20,000 nucleotides of DNA, taken from the sequence record SRR31156797_6845. One strand, given 5' to 3'. Below the pieces are notes generated by a model. That model was not told the DNA's origin. It saw only the letters and a list, made by a program, of their open reading frames with translations, and searched no databases. Positions 7,662 through 18,137 of this stretch are shown here, in pieces (positions within the stretch are counted from its first letter, which is position 1; every line of letters starts with the position of its first letter). Made by a program: the position numbers and the translations under genes.

Positions 7662-9737
7662 CTACTCTACATGCATCTTTGAAATATCACCGACTTCCAG
7701 AACCAACTCACCCAGTGCTGTCAGCAGGTTCAACCTATTCTGCCTGATCTCTGCATCCTCTGCCATGACCATCACATCATCAAAAAAACGGTCAACGGGA
7801 GATTTCATTTCAAGCATCTCTAGCAAGGCTTTATCATATTGCTTTTGTTCAAGTAATGGTAAGGCTTTAGCACGAACGGTTTCAAGGGTGGCATAAAGAT
7901 CCTTCTCTGCAGCATCACTTAACAGGTTCGGATCGACCTCGGTTGTAGTATTATCTTTGATAATGTTCCTGATACGTTTAAATGCACTGGCAAGAACCGC
8001 AAAGCCTTCCTGATTACGAATCCCATTCAAGGCTTGAATACGCTCAAGGCAATCAATTGGATTATCAAACCCTGTACCTGTAGCAGCATCAACCACTTCC
8101 TGCAGCAATCCAGAGGCTACCTGTTCATTTTCAAAACGTAACCGTATATATGCCACAATCTCATCAGCTGTTTGATCCTCAACATTAATCTGGTCTTCGT
8201 AGGCAGCCAAAGCCGCTTTAACGAATGTAGGAAGTGAGATGTTAAGATTCAGCCCTTTTAAGATATTGAGCACACCAATAGCCTGCCGGCGAAGGCCAAA
8301 AGCATCTTTATTACCAGTCGGTCTTTCACCTATGGCAAAACAGCCAGCAAGAGTATCAAGACGATCGGCTAACCCAACAAATGCACCGGGTAAGGAAGCA
8401 GGGAGCTCCCCTGCAGCCCGAACAGGCATATAATGCTCATGAATGGCCAGCGCAACAGCTTTTTCTTCACCATCATTGAGCGCGTATTCACTGCCAATTA
8501 TTCCCTGCAAAGAAGGAAATTCGCCGACCATTTCGGTAAGCAAATCTGCTTTTGCAAGCCTGGCTGCTCGCATTGTGACATCTTTTAAAGCAGGTTGTAT
8601 CTCATCAGCAAGCATGCCGGCAATTTTTTCCATTCTCTTGCTTTTGGCAAGCATGGTCCCAAGCTGATGTTGAAAAATAATCCCCTCCAGCTGATCTAAT
8701 CTGTCACTGAGTTTTCGTTTTTTATCTTCATTAAAAAAGAACAACCCATCCTCAAGGCGAGCTCGCAAGACTCTTTCATGGCCGCTGGCTGCAAGATCTA
8801 TATCTTCAATATCTGTATTATTTACGGCCACAAAACGGGGGAGGAGTTTTCCCTCTGTATCAGCAACAGGAAAATACTTCTGATGTTCACGCATGGAGGT
8901 TATCAACGCTTCATCAGGCAGGGTAAGGAATTTTTCATCAAAACTTCCACAGACACCATAGGGCTTTTCAACCAAGTTGCTTACCGTATCTATCAAACCT
9001 TCATGGAGTACAGGTTGAGCATTTTCTATCCCGGAACGCTCACGTACCGCACGCTCTACCTCACTGATTACGAGTTTTCGTCGTTTATCGTTTTCAACCA
9101 CCACATATTTGCTAGCCAAAGTGGAGATATACTGATTGGACCCAGTAACTTCCACTACATCAGGAGACATAAAACGATGCCCACGGGTGGTCGTGCCGGC
9201 GGTAACGCCTTCAAAGGTCAGAGCGACTAACTGCCCACCATAAAGAGTGACTAACCACTGAATGGGTCGAACAAATCCTGTGGTGGTCTCAGCCCATCGC
9301 ATCGACTTTGGGAAACCCAACTCTCGAATAAGCGATTCAAGTACACCGGGAAGCAACGAGATGGTTTCTTGCCCTTGCACATCTTCAACAGCCATTAAAT
9401 ATTCACCTTTGGCTGTCTTGGTAACCTGAAGATCCCCAGGTTCCATACCTTTGGAACGCGCAAAACCAATGGCCGCCTTAGTTGGATTGCCATCAGCATC
9501 ATAGCCGGCGCTGGTTGAGGGCCCGACATGTTCCAAGCTTCTATCAGCTTGGCGCTCTTCGATATAATCAACGACCAGAGTCAGCCTCCTCGGGGTGGCA
9601 AAAGTCTTAAAACCACTACAGTTGAGGCCAAGTCCTTTCAGTTTCTTTTCTGCCTCTGATTGTAAAAAATCAAGTGCCGGCTGAATATATCCAGCAGGTA
9701 TTTCCTCGGTCCCAATTTCAAATAGTAGCTCGCTCAT
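7662..9737 (-). CDS. glyS: Glycine--tRNA ligase beta subunit
   Basis: LLFEIGTEEIPA, TPRRL, FPKSMRW, FVRPIQWL, HQKYFP, KADLLTEMVGEFPSLQG, HYMP, DAFGLRRQA and NRLNLL; 691 aa. Confidence 0.97.
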   Translation of the reverse strand: MSELLFEIGTEEIPAGYIQPALDFLQSEAEKKLKGLGLNCSGFKTFATPRRLTLVVDYIEERQADRSLEHVGPSTSAGYDADGNPTKAAIGFARSKGMEPGDLQVTKTAKGEYLMAVEDVQGQETISLLPGVLESLIRELGFPKSMRWAETTTGFVRPIQWLVTLYGGQLVALTFEGVTAGTTTRGHRFMSPDVVEVTGSNQYISTLASKYVVVENDKRRKLVISEVERAVRERSGIENAQPVLHEGLIDTVSNLVEKPYGVCGSFDEKFLTLPDEALITSMREHQKYFPVADTEGKLLPRFVAVNNTDIEDIDLAASGHERVLRARLEDGLFFFNEDKKRKLSDRLDQLEGIIFQHQLGTMLAKSKRMEKIAGMLADEIQPALKDVTMRAARLAKADLLTEMVGEFPSLQGIIGSEYALNDGEEKAVALAIHEHYMPVRAAGELPASLPGAFVGLADRLDTLAGCFAIGERPTGNKDAFGLRRQAIGVLNILKGLNLNISLPTFVKAALAAYEDQINVEDQTADEIVAYIRLRFENEQVASGLLQEVVDAATGTGFDNPIDCLERIQALNGIRNQEGFAVLASAFKRIRNIIKDNTTTEVDPNLLSDAAEKDLYATLETVRAKALPLLEQKQYDKALLEMLEMKSPVDRFFDDVMVMAEDAEIRQNRLNLLTALGELVLEVGDISKMHVE

Positions 9738-9816
9738 TGCTGTCCGTAGATGTAATTAGCTCAAATGGTAAATAATAGGTGCTGCATGATTTTTCTTATC
9801 CCATTGCAACACAATT

Positions 9817-9845
9817 TTTATAGTCTCTTTTCACAGGCTTTTCAA
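9817..9845 (-). promoter_or_regulatory. Candidate sigma70 promoter for glyS
   Basis: Minus strand TTGAAA (9845-9840) - 17 bp - TATAAA (9822-9817), about 80 bp upstream of the glyS ATG. Confidence 0.55.
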
Positions 9846-9985
9846 GAAAACAAGACCTGAAACGGTCTGATAGGATACAACCTTACTCTAATGAGAAAAT
9901 GCCAGCAATAACAGATACCTTCCGGCAAGAAAACGATAACCTGAAAAGTGATGCGCCAAACGGTACGTCCAGGAGGTATAAAAGG

Positions 9986-10714
9986 TCAAATATTTCCGCC
10001 ACCGGCCATTGGCCCTTCAACCGAAGCAGATGTTGTATACCCACTGGTAACATTTTCAACAACCACCTTATACCACGAGAAAGCGGAGTGTCCAACCAAA
10101 GCAGAACCAAGTCTTCGACAAATGGTTTCAGCGCTGCTTCCGATACCGGCAGGCTGTGCAGCATTATTTTCAATGAGTTCAATCAAGTCCTCAAGCCATA
10201 GAAAATGGCTTAACTTAACTGAAACAATGACTGTCCCCCAGAAGCCGGCCCCACCATCACCCGCGCCTAGATCGGATCCTTTGCCTTTCAACAAAGGTAC
10301 AGGAACCTCTACTTCAACCACCAGATCGAGCTCTTCTTCAAGAGAACCAATCATCCTGCAATCATATCGTTGTGATTTGAACAAAGTATGTAAATTTGCA
10401 GAGGTAAAGAAATAGGGAAATGCGATTTCAATGTGTGATGCCTCAGCTTGAAGACGAGTTTTCATCTCTTGAAGAATGAGGTGCAGGGTTTCAAGATTAA
10501 ATCGCCCATGGAAGCGATTAAGAATCTCAATGAACCTACTCATATGAGTCCCTTTAAATCGATGGGGCAGGTTCACGTACATATTAACAACTGCAACAGT
10601 TTCCTGCGTTTTTCTCGCTTTATCCAAGACGGTAACGGGGTAGGAGATATTTTTCACACCTACCTTACGTATATCAATCCGTCTCGTATCCTCCAGGCTC
10701 TGAATGTCTTTCAT
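9986..10714 (-). CDS. folE2: GTP cyclohydrolase IB (FolE2) family protein with degenerate active site
   Basis: N-half is typical FolE2 (MKDIQ, KVGVKNISYP, NMYVNLP, KGTHMSRFIEIL, FPYF). C-half keeps WLEDLIE and W.KV..EN but lacks CPC, HNQR and ESIH.H. Confidence 0.8.
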   Translation of the reverse strand: MKDIQSLEDTRRIDIRKVGVKNISYPVTVLDKARKTQETVAVVNMYVNLPHRFKGTHMSRFIEILNRFHGRFNLETLHLILQEMKTRLQAEASHIEIAFPYFFTSANLHTLFKSQRYDCRMIGSLEEELDLVVEVEVPVPLLKGKGSDLGAGDGGAGFWGTVIVSVKLSHFLWLEDLIELIENNAAQPAGIGSSAETICRRLGSALVGHSAFSWYKVVVENVTSGYTTSASVEGPMAGGGNI

Positions 10715-10806
10715 TATATATTTAAAGCTGAATCATCAGGGCGTTGAAGAGTTTAAAAACAGAAACACCTGCAGAATTCATTTTGCTCGGCAAAAGCCCA
10801 CAACCA

Positions 10807-11163
10807 TCAAGAAAGGTATTTTTTTACAGCGGCCTTCAACTCATCGATGTTGGCTGATTTGACAATATAGGCCTCAGAAGCCCAGGTCCCAAAGTCCTGT
10901 TTGAATTCTGGGTAGGCAGAGCAGAGAATAACCGGTAATCTGGATTTTTTTTCCTTCATCTGCCGAAGTACCTCTATACCGTTCATACCAGGCATGTTTA
11001 TATCAAGTATCACTAAATCCGGGTTTTCCTCACTGAATTTTTGCAGTGCCTCCTCACCATTATAGGCAGAAATCACCTCGTAGCCATCATCTTCGAACTC
11101 ACCACGGTAGAGCAACTGAATACCCTGTTCGTCATCAACAAGCAAAATACGTTTTGGTTCCAT
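10807..11163 (-). CDS. Single-domain response regulator (receiver)
   Basis: ILLVDDE, phosphoacceptor LDINMPGMNG, VILCSA, and conserved Lys in YIVKS; 118 aa with no output domain. Confidence 0.92.
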   Translation of the reverse strand: MEPKRILLVDDEQGIQLLYRGEFEDDGYEVISAYNGEEALQKFSEENPDLVILDINMPGMNGIEVLRQMKEKKSRLPVILCSAYPEFKQDFGTWASEAYIVKSANIDELKAAVKKYLS

Positions 11164-11170
11164 TTTTCAC

Positions 11171-12169
11171 CTACAGTTCAACTTCCTTGAGGTATTTACA
11201 GGTCTCTTCTGGCGGCATTGGATTAATGTAAAACCCGGTTCCCCACTCAAAGCCTGCAATGGAGGTTAATTTGGGGACAATTTCAAAGTGCCAGTGATAG
11301 TGATCCAGCTGCGGTGAACGAAGCGGCTGGGTATGCAATACAAAGTTATACGGCGCGTTGGGTATACAGGCATCAAGCCTTCTCAGACTTTGTGAGAAAA
11401 TGTCAGTCAGTGCCTGCAAGGACGCTTCATCTTGTGCGGCATAATTGGAATGATGATAACGCGGTATAATCCACATCTCAAAGGGCGACCGAGGTGCATA
11501 AGGGGTGATAGTTATAAAATAGTCATTTTCGCATACCCTTCGTATATCCTGCTGTCTCTCCTGCCTAATTATATCGCAGAATATGCATCTATCCTTGTAT
11601 TTATAATACGAAAGGCTGCCCTCAAGTTCCGAGGAAACCCTCCTCGGTACAATGGGTAGAGCAACCAGTTGGGAGTGCGAATGTTCAAGGGAAGCCCCGG
11701 CTGCCTTGCCAAAATTTTTAAAGACCATTACATATCGAAACCTTTCATCCTTTGCAAGATCTCGAATGCGGTCACGAAAGGCTCTGAAGGTGAAAATCAT
11801 CTCTTCTGGCGGCAGCGCGGAAAATGTTTTTTCATGGGAAGGGTTTTCAATAATTACTTCATGGGCACCGATACCATTCATTCGGTCATAAAGTCCTTCA
11901 CCCTGCTTTTCCAACTCACCTTCAATGACAAGTGCCGGATACTTGTTGGGTACTACGCGTGTTTGCCACCCCGAAGAATTCGCCAGACCGCCATCCCGTC
12001 CGTAAACAAGAACTTCATCAGGCGTTGTTTTTTCATGACCGGGACAAAGAGGGCAAAATCCTCCTTTCACCTCGTATTCGTCAACCATAAAATCGGTTGG
12101 CCGCTTCCCTCTTTCCTGGGCAATAATAATCCATCGCCCCAAAATGGGGTCTTTTCTTAATTCAGGCAT
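11171..12169 (-). CDS. galT: Galactose-1-phosphate uridylyltransferase (GalT) family protein
   Basis: MPELRKDP...RW, CPLCPG, VPNKYPAL, GAHEVIIE, FKNFG..AGASLEHSHSQ active site, CIFCD, HWHFEI and AGFEWGTG. Start at ATG 12169, 7 bp after the dksA stop. Confidence 0.9.
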   Translation of the reverse strand: MPELRKDPILGRWIIIAQERGKRPTDFMVDEYEVKGGFCPLCPGHEKTTPDEVLVYGRDGGLANSSGWQTRVVPNKYPALVIEGELEKQGEGLYDRMNGIGAHEVIIENPSHEKTFSALPPEEMIFTFRAFRDRIRDLAKDERFRYVMVFKNFGKAAGASLEHSHSQLVALPIVPRRVSSELEGSLSYYKYKDRCIFCDIIRQERQQDIRRVCENDYFITITPYAPRSPFEMWIIPRYHHSNYAAQDEASLQALTDIFSQSLRRLDACIPNAPYNFVLHTQPLRSPQLDHYHWHFEIVPKLTSIAGFEWGTGFYINPMPPEETCKYLKEVEL

Positions 12170-12176
12170 AACCCCT

Positions 12177-12539
12177 CTAGCGCCCCTGCGCCTTTTCCCG
12201 CTGTTCCAGCATGGTTTTACAATCAATACAATAAGTAGCTACAGGTCTGGCCTTAAGCCGTTTGACAGAAATATCCTCGCCGCAGCCTTCACAAATACCG
12301 TAAATACCTTCATCAATCCGATTGAGAGCCTCGTCCACCTTATCCATAAGTTTACGCTCTCTTCCACGAATACGAAGTTCAAAACTCCTGTCAGACTCTA
12401 CACTTGCTCGATCATTGGGATCAGGAATATTACCTTCTTGATGCGCTATCTCTGTTAACGTCTGTTCAACGTCAGAAGAAATATCATTTTTAATCGCCTC
12501 AAGTTGTTCTTTTAATTGCGCCAAATCCTTTTCATCCAT
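12177..12539 (-). CDS. dksA: RNA polymerase-binding transcription factor DksA
   Basis: Coiled-coil tip PDPNDRAS (DxxDxA) and Zn finger YGICEGCGEDI..KRLKARP....CIDCK; GGAG RBS before ATG 12539. Confidence 0.93.
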   Translation of the reverse strand: MDEKDLAQLKEQLEAIKNDISSDVEQTLTEIAHQEGNIPDPNDRASVESDRSFELRIRGRERKLMDKVDEALNRIDEGIYGICEGCGEDISVKRLKARPVATYCIDCKTMLEQREKAQGR

Positions 12540-12586
12540 ATCAGCAGACTCCAACAAACTGGTTTAATAATATTTTGGGTAGTATA

Positions 12587-13081
12587 TCATTCTGTTACTG
12601 ATCTTTCAAACAAACCACTTTTACCGCCACTTTTTTTCAACAGCCTAATGTCAGAAATCTCCATGCTTTTATCAACCGCCTTGCACATATCATAGATGGT
12701 CAAAGCGGCAACAGAAACAGCAGTAAGCGCCTCCATCTCAACACCGGTTTTTCCGGTAATTGATACAGTAGCTATTATATGGATTGCTTTTTGCTCCTCA
12801 TTAAGGGAGAAATCAATATCAACACCGGTAATTGCAAGAGGATGACAAAGGGGAATGAGCTGATCCACCTTTTTGACTGCCATTACCCCGGCAATTCGAG
12901 CTACCCCAAGCACATCACCCTTTTCAACATTTCCTTGGCGTACTAAAGCGAACGCCTGGTCGGACATGGAGATAGTTCCCTCAGCGGTAGCCTTGCGGCG
13001 TGTGTCATTTTTTCCACCCACATCCACCATACGGGCATTACCGGCTTCATCAAAATGGGACAGAGGATTTTCTTCAACCAT
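12587..13081 (-). CDS. moaC: Cyclic pyranopterin monophosphate synthase MoaC
   Basis: [58 protein letters not shown] and KSGGKSG. Confidence 0.96.
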   Translation of the reverse strand: MVEENPLSHFDEAGNARMVDVGGKNDTRRKATAEGTISMSDQAFALVRQGNVEKGDVLGVARIAGVMAVKKVDQLIPLCHPLAITGVDIDFSLNEEQKAIHIIATVSITGKTGVEMEALTAVSVAALTIYDMCKAVDKSMEISDIRLLKKSGGKSGLFERSVTE

Positions 13082-14225
13082 TGGCAACCTTATCTGTTTT
13101 ATCCGCTTTCTTTTTCTGTTTACTTATATGGGTATGGAAAAGACGGGCAAAAAAGCCTTCTTCTTCACGTTCTTTGCACATTCCATCGAACTCTTTAAGT
13201 AATTCTTTTTGCTGTTTTGTTAACTTGACAGGTGTCTTAACCTGTGCCTCAACAATCATGTCCCCCTTACCTCCTCCACGAAGGCTTGGCACGCCTTCCT
13301 TACGAAGGGTGAAACGATCACCTGATTGGGTTCCCGCAGCAATCTTAAGTTTTGTAGTCCCATGGATTGTGGGCACATCAACCTCACACCCTAGAGCAGC
13401 CTGTACCATCGGTACGGGTAGGCTAAGATAAATAAGCTGACCATCACGTTGGAAATGCTCATGCTCTTCAACATGAATAATCACATACAGGTCACCTGAT
13501 TGACCACCACGGCGACCACCTTCCCCTTCTCCAGTAAGACGCATTCTTGATCCGGTATCGACACCAGCGGGAATGCGAATATTGACTTTCTTGCTCTTAC
13601 TGAGCAGTCCGTCACCATGGCAATCATTACAAGGTTCAGTAATGACCTGCCCCGCACCATGACATTGAGGGCAGGTGGTGCTTACCTGAAAAAATCCCTG
13701 AGAACGAATAACCTGTCCTCGACCGTGACAACTGGGGCATGTTTCCGCCCGATACCCAGGCCGGGAACCGGTGCCATCACAAGTAAGACAGGTCTCCTTC
13801 TTAGTTATTTCAACCTCACGGTTCACACCGTGTACAGCGTCCATAAAGGATATCTGGATATCATAGCGGAGATCATCACCCTGAACAGGTGCGTTGGGAT
13901 CACGTTGACGAGTGCGTCCTCCAAACCCGAAGATATCTCCAAACATATCGTTAATGTGAGAAAAAATATCGTCATTGTTTCCGGGACCGCTATATCCACT
14001 ACTTCGCAGACCTTCTTTACCGTAGGTGTCGTAAATCTGCCGTTTTTGAGCATCACTGAGGACTTCATACGCCTCAGCAGCTTCCTTAAACTTTGACTCC
14101 GCATCCTTATCATCCGGATTACGATCAGGATGATATTTCATTGCTAATTTACGATATGCCTTTTTTATACTCTCAGCAGATGCATCTCTTGATACGCCGA
14201 GGAGTTCATAATAGCTCTCACTCAT
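13074..14225 (-). CDS. dnaJ: Molecular chaperone DnaJ (class A)
   Basis: J domain with YHPDRN, four CxxCxGxG repeats, and C-terminal IPAGVDTG...GDLYV substrate-binding domains. Confidence 0.96.
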   Translation of the reverse strand: MSESYYELLGVSRDASAESIKKAYRKLAMKYHPDRNPDDKDAESKFKEAAEAYEVLSDAQKRQIYDTYGKEGLRSSGYSGPGNNDDIFSHINDMFGDIFGFGGRTRQRDPNAPVQGDDLRYDIQISFMDAVHGVNREVEITKKETCLTCDGTGSRPGYRAETCPSCHGRGQVIRSQGFFQVSTTCPQCHGAGQVITEPCNDCHGDGLLSKSKKVNIRIPAGVDTGSRMRLTGEGEGGRRGGQSGDLYVIIHVEEHEHFQRDGQLIYLSLPVPMVQAALGCEVDVPTIHGTTKLKIAAGTQSGDRFTLRKEGVPSLRGGGKGDMIVEAQVKTPVKLTKQQKELLKEFDGMCKEREEEGFFARLFHTHISKQKKKADKTDKVANG

Positions 14226-14237
14226 AACTAAACGCTT

Positions 14238-14501
14238 CTATTCGTTATTGTCACTAGTTTCGGTTTCAGATTCAGTGACTTGGGATCTGCGCTGACGGGG
14301 AAGGTCGTGGATATTGTCAAAGGTAACCTCTCCGGAAGCGATCTCACGAAGTGTCATAACCACTTCCTTATTTTTCCCTGCAGAAAGAAAAGGTTCTCCA
14401 TTGCGATGCTGGCGAATCCTCTCAACAGCAAGGTGAATCAGGGAAAATCGATTATCATCCCCGACCTTTTCAAGACAGTCTTCAACAGTAATTCGAGCCA
14501 T
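14238..14501 (-). CDS. rpoZ: RNA polymerase omega subunit
   Basis: MARITVEDCL...NRFSLIHLA..R...NKEVV.TLREIA; GGAGG RBS before ATG 14501. The ORF-track N-terminal extension is not part of the gene. Confidence 0.93.
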   Translation of the reverse strand: MARITVEDCLEKVGDDNRFSLIHLAVERIRQHRNGEPFLSAGKNKEVVMTLREIASGEVTFDNIHDLPRQRRSQVTESETETSDNNE

Positions 14502-14628
14502 CTTGTAGCCTCCATAATAAGAAATTCCAGAATGAAATATTCGGAATATAGAATGTAAAATTTTGGATTCCAGATAAAAAATTTTCGAATGAAACGAGAA
14601 TCCAGCAATGAATTTTGTAAGCATTCTG

Positions 14629-14665
14629 AAAAAAATGGCAAGGGGAGCAATATGCTCCCCTGTCA
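14629..14665 (-). terminator. Intrinsic terminator after purA
   Basis: AGGGGAGCA-N3-TGCTCCCCT stem (14641-14661) with an imperfect extension, then T7 on the minus strand (14635-14629); begins just after the purA stop. Confidence 0.8.
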
Positions 14666-14669
14666 CCAA

Positions 14670-16103
<1,434 letters not shown>

Positions 16104-16340
16104 TTATGGCCACCCCTTCATGCAACTTCAGGAAGTTATGCTGTTTATTTTAATTTCCCCAAAAAAAAGTTTCAAGAGGGTAATAAGTACCCATGTTATC
16201 GGCGCAGTAATCCCTTACCCCCCCCTTTCTTCAAATTGCAGTATGTTATCGAGACAAAAGGATACAATTTAACAGAAACGATACTTCCTCGGTTGTTGAG
16301 CTCACATTTATATTATATTTGGTTAAACAATTCCCTCTCT

Positions 16341-16354
16341 TTGATTTACATCAA
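16341..16354 (+). promoter_or_regulatory. Crp/Fnr-family (Fnr/HcpR-like) binding site upstream of ygbA
   Basis: Perfect TTGAT-TTAC-ATCAA. A -10-like TATAAA/TAAAAT at 16376-16383 puts the site centre near -41.5. Confidence 0.7.
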
Positions 16355-16448
16355 GGAAAAACTAAATATCTTCTCTATAAAATATATTTTAAAGAATGGC
16401 CCAACAGGCAACGCCACAGATACAGCACAATCAGATGGAAAAAGGATT

Positions 16449-16784
16449 ATGAAAACCATATCCAAGCGGCTACAACGTGAAGCCGATTGCATGACCCTCA
16501 TGATCATCCGTTATTGCAAGGATCATCATCATGGCACACGCTCGCCTCTCTGCTCCGAGTGCGAAGAACTTTTGCGTTATGCCCTACAGAGGCTAGAGCA
16601 TTGCCCTTTTGCAGAACAGAAATCTACCTGCGGTAAATGCAGCGTCCACTGTTACAAACCCGATATGCAAAAAAAAATTCGAGAAATCATGCGGTATGTA
16701 GGACCACGCATGATGTTTACAAATCCGATTATGGCCCTGCACCACCTCTTCGATGGTCTTAGAAAACCACCTAAACGGGGATAG
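16449..16784 (+). CDS. ygbA: YgbA-family protein (nitrosative-stress-induced, 'nitrous oxide-stimulated promoter' family)
   Basis: RL.RE.....MI..YCKDHH, LCSEC..LL.YA..RL..CPF.EQK.TCGKC.VHCYKP.M...IREIMRYVGPRM pattern; AAGGA RBS before ATG 16449; 111 aa. Confidence 0.85.
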   Translation: MKTISKRLQREADCMTLMIIRYCKDHHHGTRSPLCSECEELLRYALQRLEHCPFAEQKSTCGKCSVHCYKPDMQKKIREIMRYVGPRMMFTNPIMALHHLFDGLRKPPKRG

Positions 16785-16792
16785 CAGACCGC

Positions 16793-16821
16793 TTGACACG
16801 CCTTTTTAAATCCCGTAAGGT
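16793..16821 (+). promoter_or_regulatory. Candidate sigma70 promoter for tatBC
   Basis: TTGACA (16793-16798) - 17 bp - TAAGGT (16816-16821). Confidence 0.55.
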
Positions 16822-16950
16822 TGGACCGTTTTAAGGGAAGCTGAAGTGTAACTATTCAGCGATTAACAAATCCCCTTGCTTTAACCTCGACCTGTAACTG
16901 CTCCACCGTTGCCCTAAAGTCATAAAAATTCACCTGTTGAGCCTGCTCTT

Positions 16951-17406
16951 ATGTTTGGAATTGGTCTTCCTGAAATGATAGTCATCTTCGCTGTCGCCCT
17001 GATCGTGGTAGGGCCAGACAAACTTCCGGATCTTGCCAGATCACTTGCCAAAGGGTTGATGGAGATGAAAAAAACAGTCAACCAGCTAAAAGAAAACCTG
17101 TCCGAAGAGGATGACACACTCAATGAAGTACAGCGGGAACTGAAACAAACAGCCGCTGAACTCAAAGAACGAGTACTTGATAACGATACACAAACTTGGT
17201 CGCAAACACCCCTTGAGAAGCCTGTTGAGGAGATAAAAGCTGCCGAAGAAACAGTAGAACACTCTCAGGATAATCCACGCCCCTGGGAGAGAGACGCTGA
17301 GAAGGCCCCAAAGGAAGACAAAATAGATTCTTCCGCGGCAGACAACGCAATAGAAGAATTACCTGTCAATGAAGCTGACAAAGCAAAAGACGCCGCCACA
17401 AAATGA
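16951..17406 (+). CDS. tatB: Sec-independent translocase subunit TatB
   Basis: [32 protein letters not shown] (Glu8, GP hinge), amphipathic helix and acidic tail; ATGA overlap with tatC. Confidence 0.88.
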   Translation: MFGIGLPEMIVIFAVALIVVGPDKLPDLARSLAKGLMEMKKTVNQLKENLSEEDDTLNEVQRELKQTAAELKERVLDNDTQTWSQTPLEKPVEEIKAAEETVEHSQDNPRPWERDAEKAPKEDKIDSSAADNAIEELPVNEADKAKDAATK

Positions 17407-18137
17407 TAACCGCATTTGATCACTTCCGTCCCCACCATGAAGAACTGAGGAAGCGGCTTATCCGCAGCATTGCTGCAGTATTTCTTTGTACCGCGGTTGC
17501 GTATCTGGGCAAAGATTATATTGCTGCATTCTGCATGCAGCCATTGTTCAGCGCGGCCCCTGAGCTTGAAAAACTTGTGTACACCAAGCTGACCGAGGCA
17601 TTTGTCAGCTACATCAAACTCTCACTCCTGGCTGGCATCCTGATCAGCTTTCCCTATATACTTTATCAACTATGGATGTTTATTTCACCCGGCCTTCTTG
17701 CCAATGAAAAAAGGACAGCCCTGCTGGTTGTCTCCTGGGCCACTTTTTTATTTCTTGGCGGTGCCTGTTTTTCTTTTTTTATTGCCCTTCCGAAAATTCT
17801 TTCTTTTTTCATGAGCTACGCTGGGCCAAACCTTACCCCTATGCCTAAGTTTGGCCTGTACCTGACTTTTGTCGGACGAATGATACTTGCCTTTGCCTTG
17901 GCGTTTGAAATTCCGTTTCTTATGGTAATGGCAAGCCGTACCGGCCTTGTGGCCCCGGACTATTTTTCTCGAAAACGTACCTGGTTTTATGTAGCTATAG
18001 TGGTGCTCTCCTTTTTGCTTGCCACAGGTGAACTCACAGCTACGGTCCTCCTTTGTCTCCCCCTGTTTCTACTGTATGAAGCAGGCATCCTTGCCGGGCG
18101 TGTATTTAAGGGGAAGCAGCGGGCACCAACGGAGTAA
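17403..18137 (+). CDS. tatC: Sec-independent translocase subunit TatC
   Basis: [48 protein letters not shown]; about six TM helices. Confidence 0.94.
   Translation: MITAFDHFRPHHEELRKRLIRSIAAVFLCTAVAYLGKDYIAAFCMQPLFSAAPELEKLVYTKLTEAFVSYIKLSLLAGILISFPYILYQLWMFISPGLLANEKRTALLVVSWATFLFLGGACFSFFIALPKILSFFMSYAGPNLTPMPKFGLYLTFVGRMILAFALAFEIPFLMVMASRTGLVAPDYFSRKRTWFYVAIVVLSFLLATGELTATVLLCLPLFLLYEAGILAGRVFKGKQRAPTE

Noticed and set aside
9883..10415. Overlapping alternative-frame ORFs as a possible frameshifted true FolE2 C-terminus
   Set aside because: None contains CPC, HNQR, FVED or ESIH motifs, and the main frame keeps FolE2 scaffold motifs to the end, so no frameshift is indicated.
14502..14669. 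N-terminal extension of rpoZ in the ORF track (likewise for purA, galT, dksA)
   Set aside because: Conserved N-termini and good RBSs lie at the downstream ATGs; the rpoZ and purA extensions cross a terminator and a promoter.
16951..18137. tatBC without tatA
   Set aside because: Unlinked tatA genes are common, so this is not unusual.
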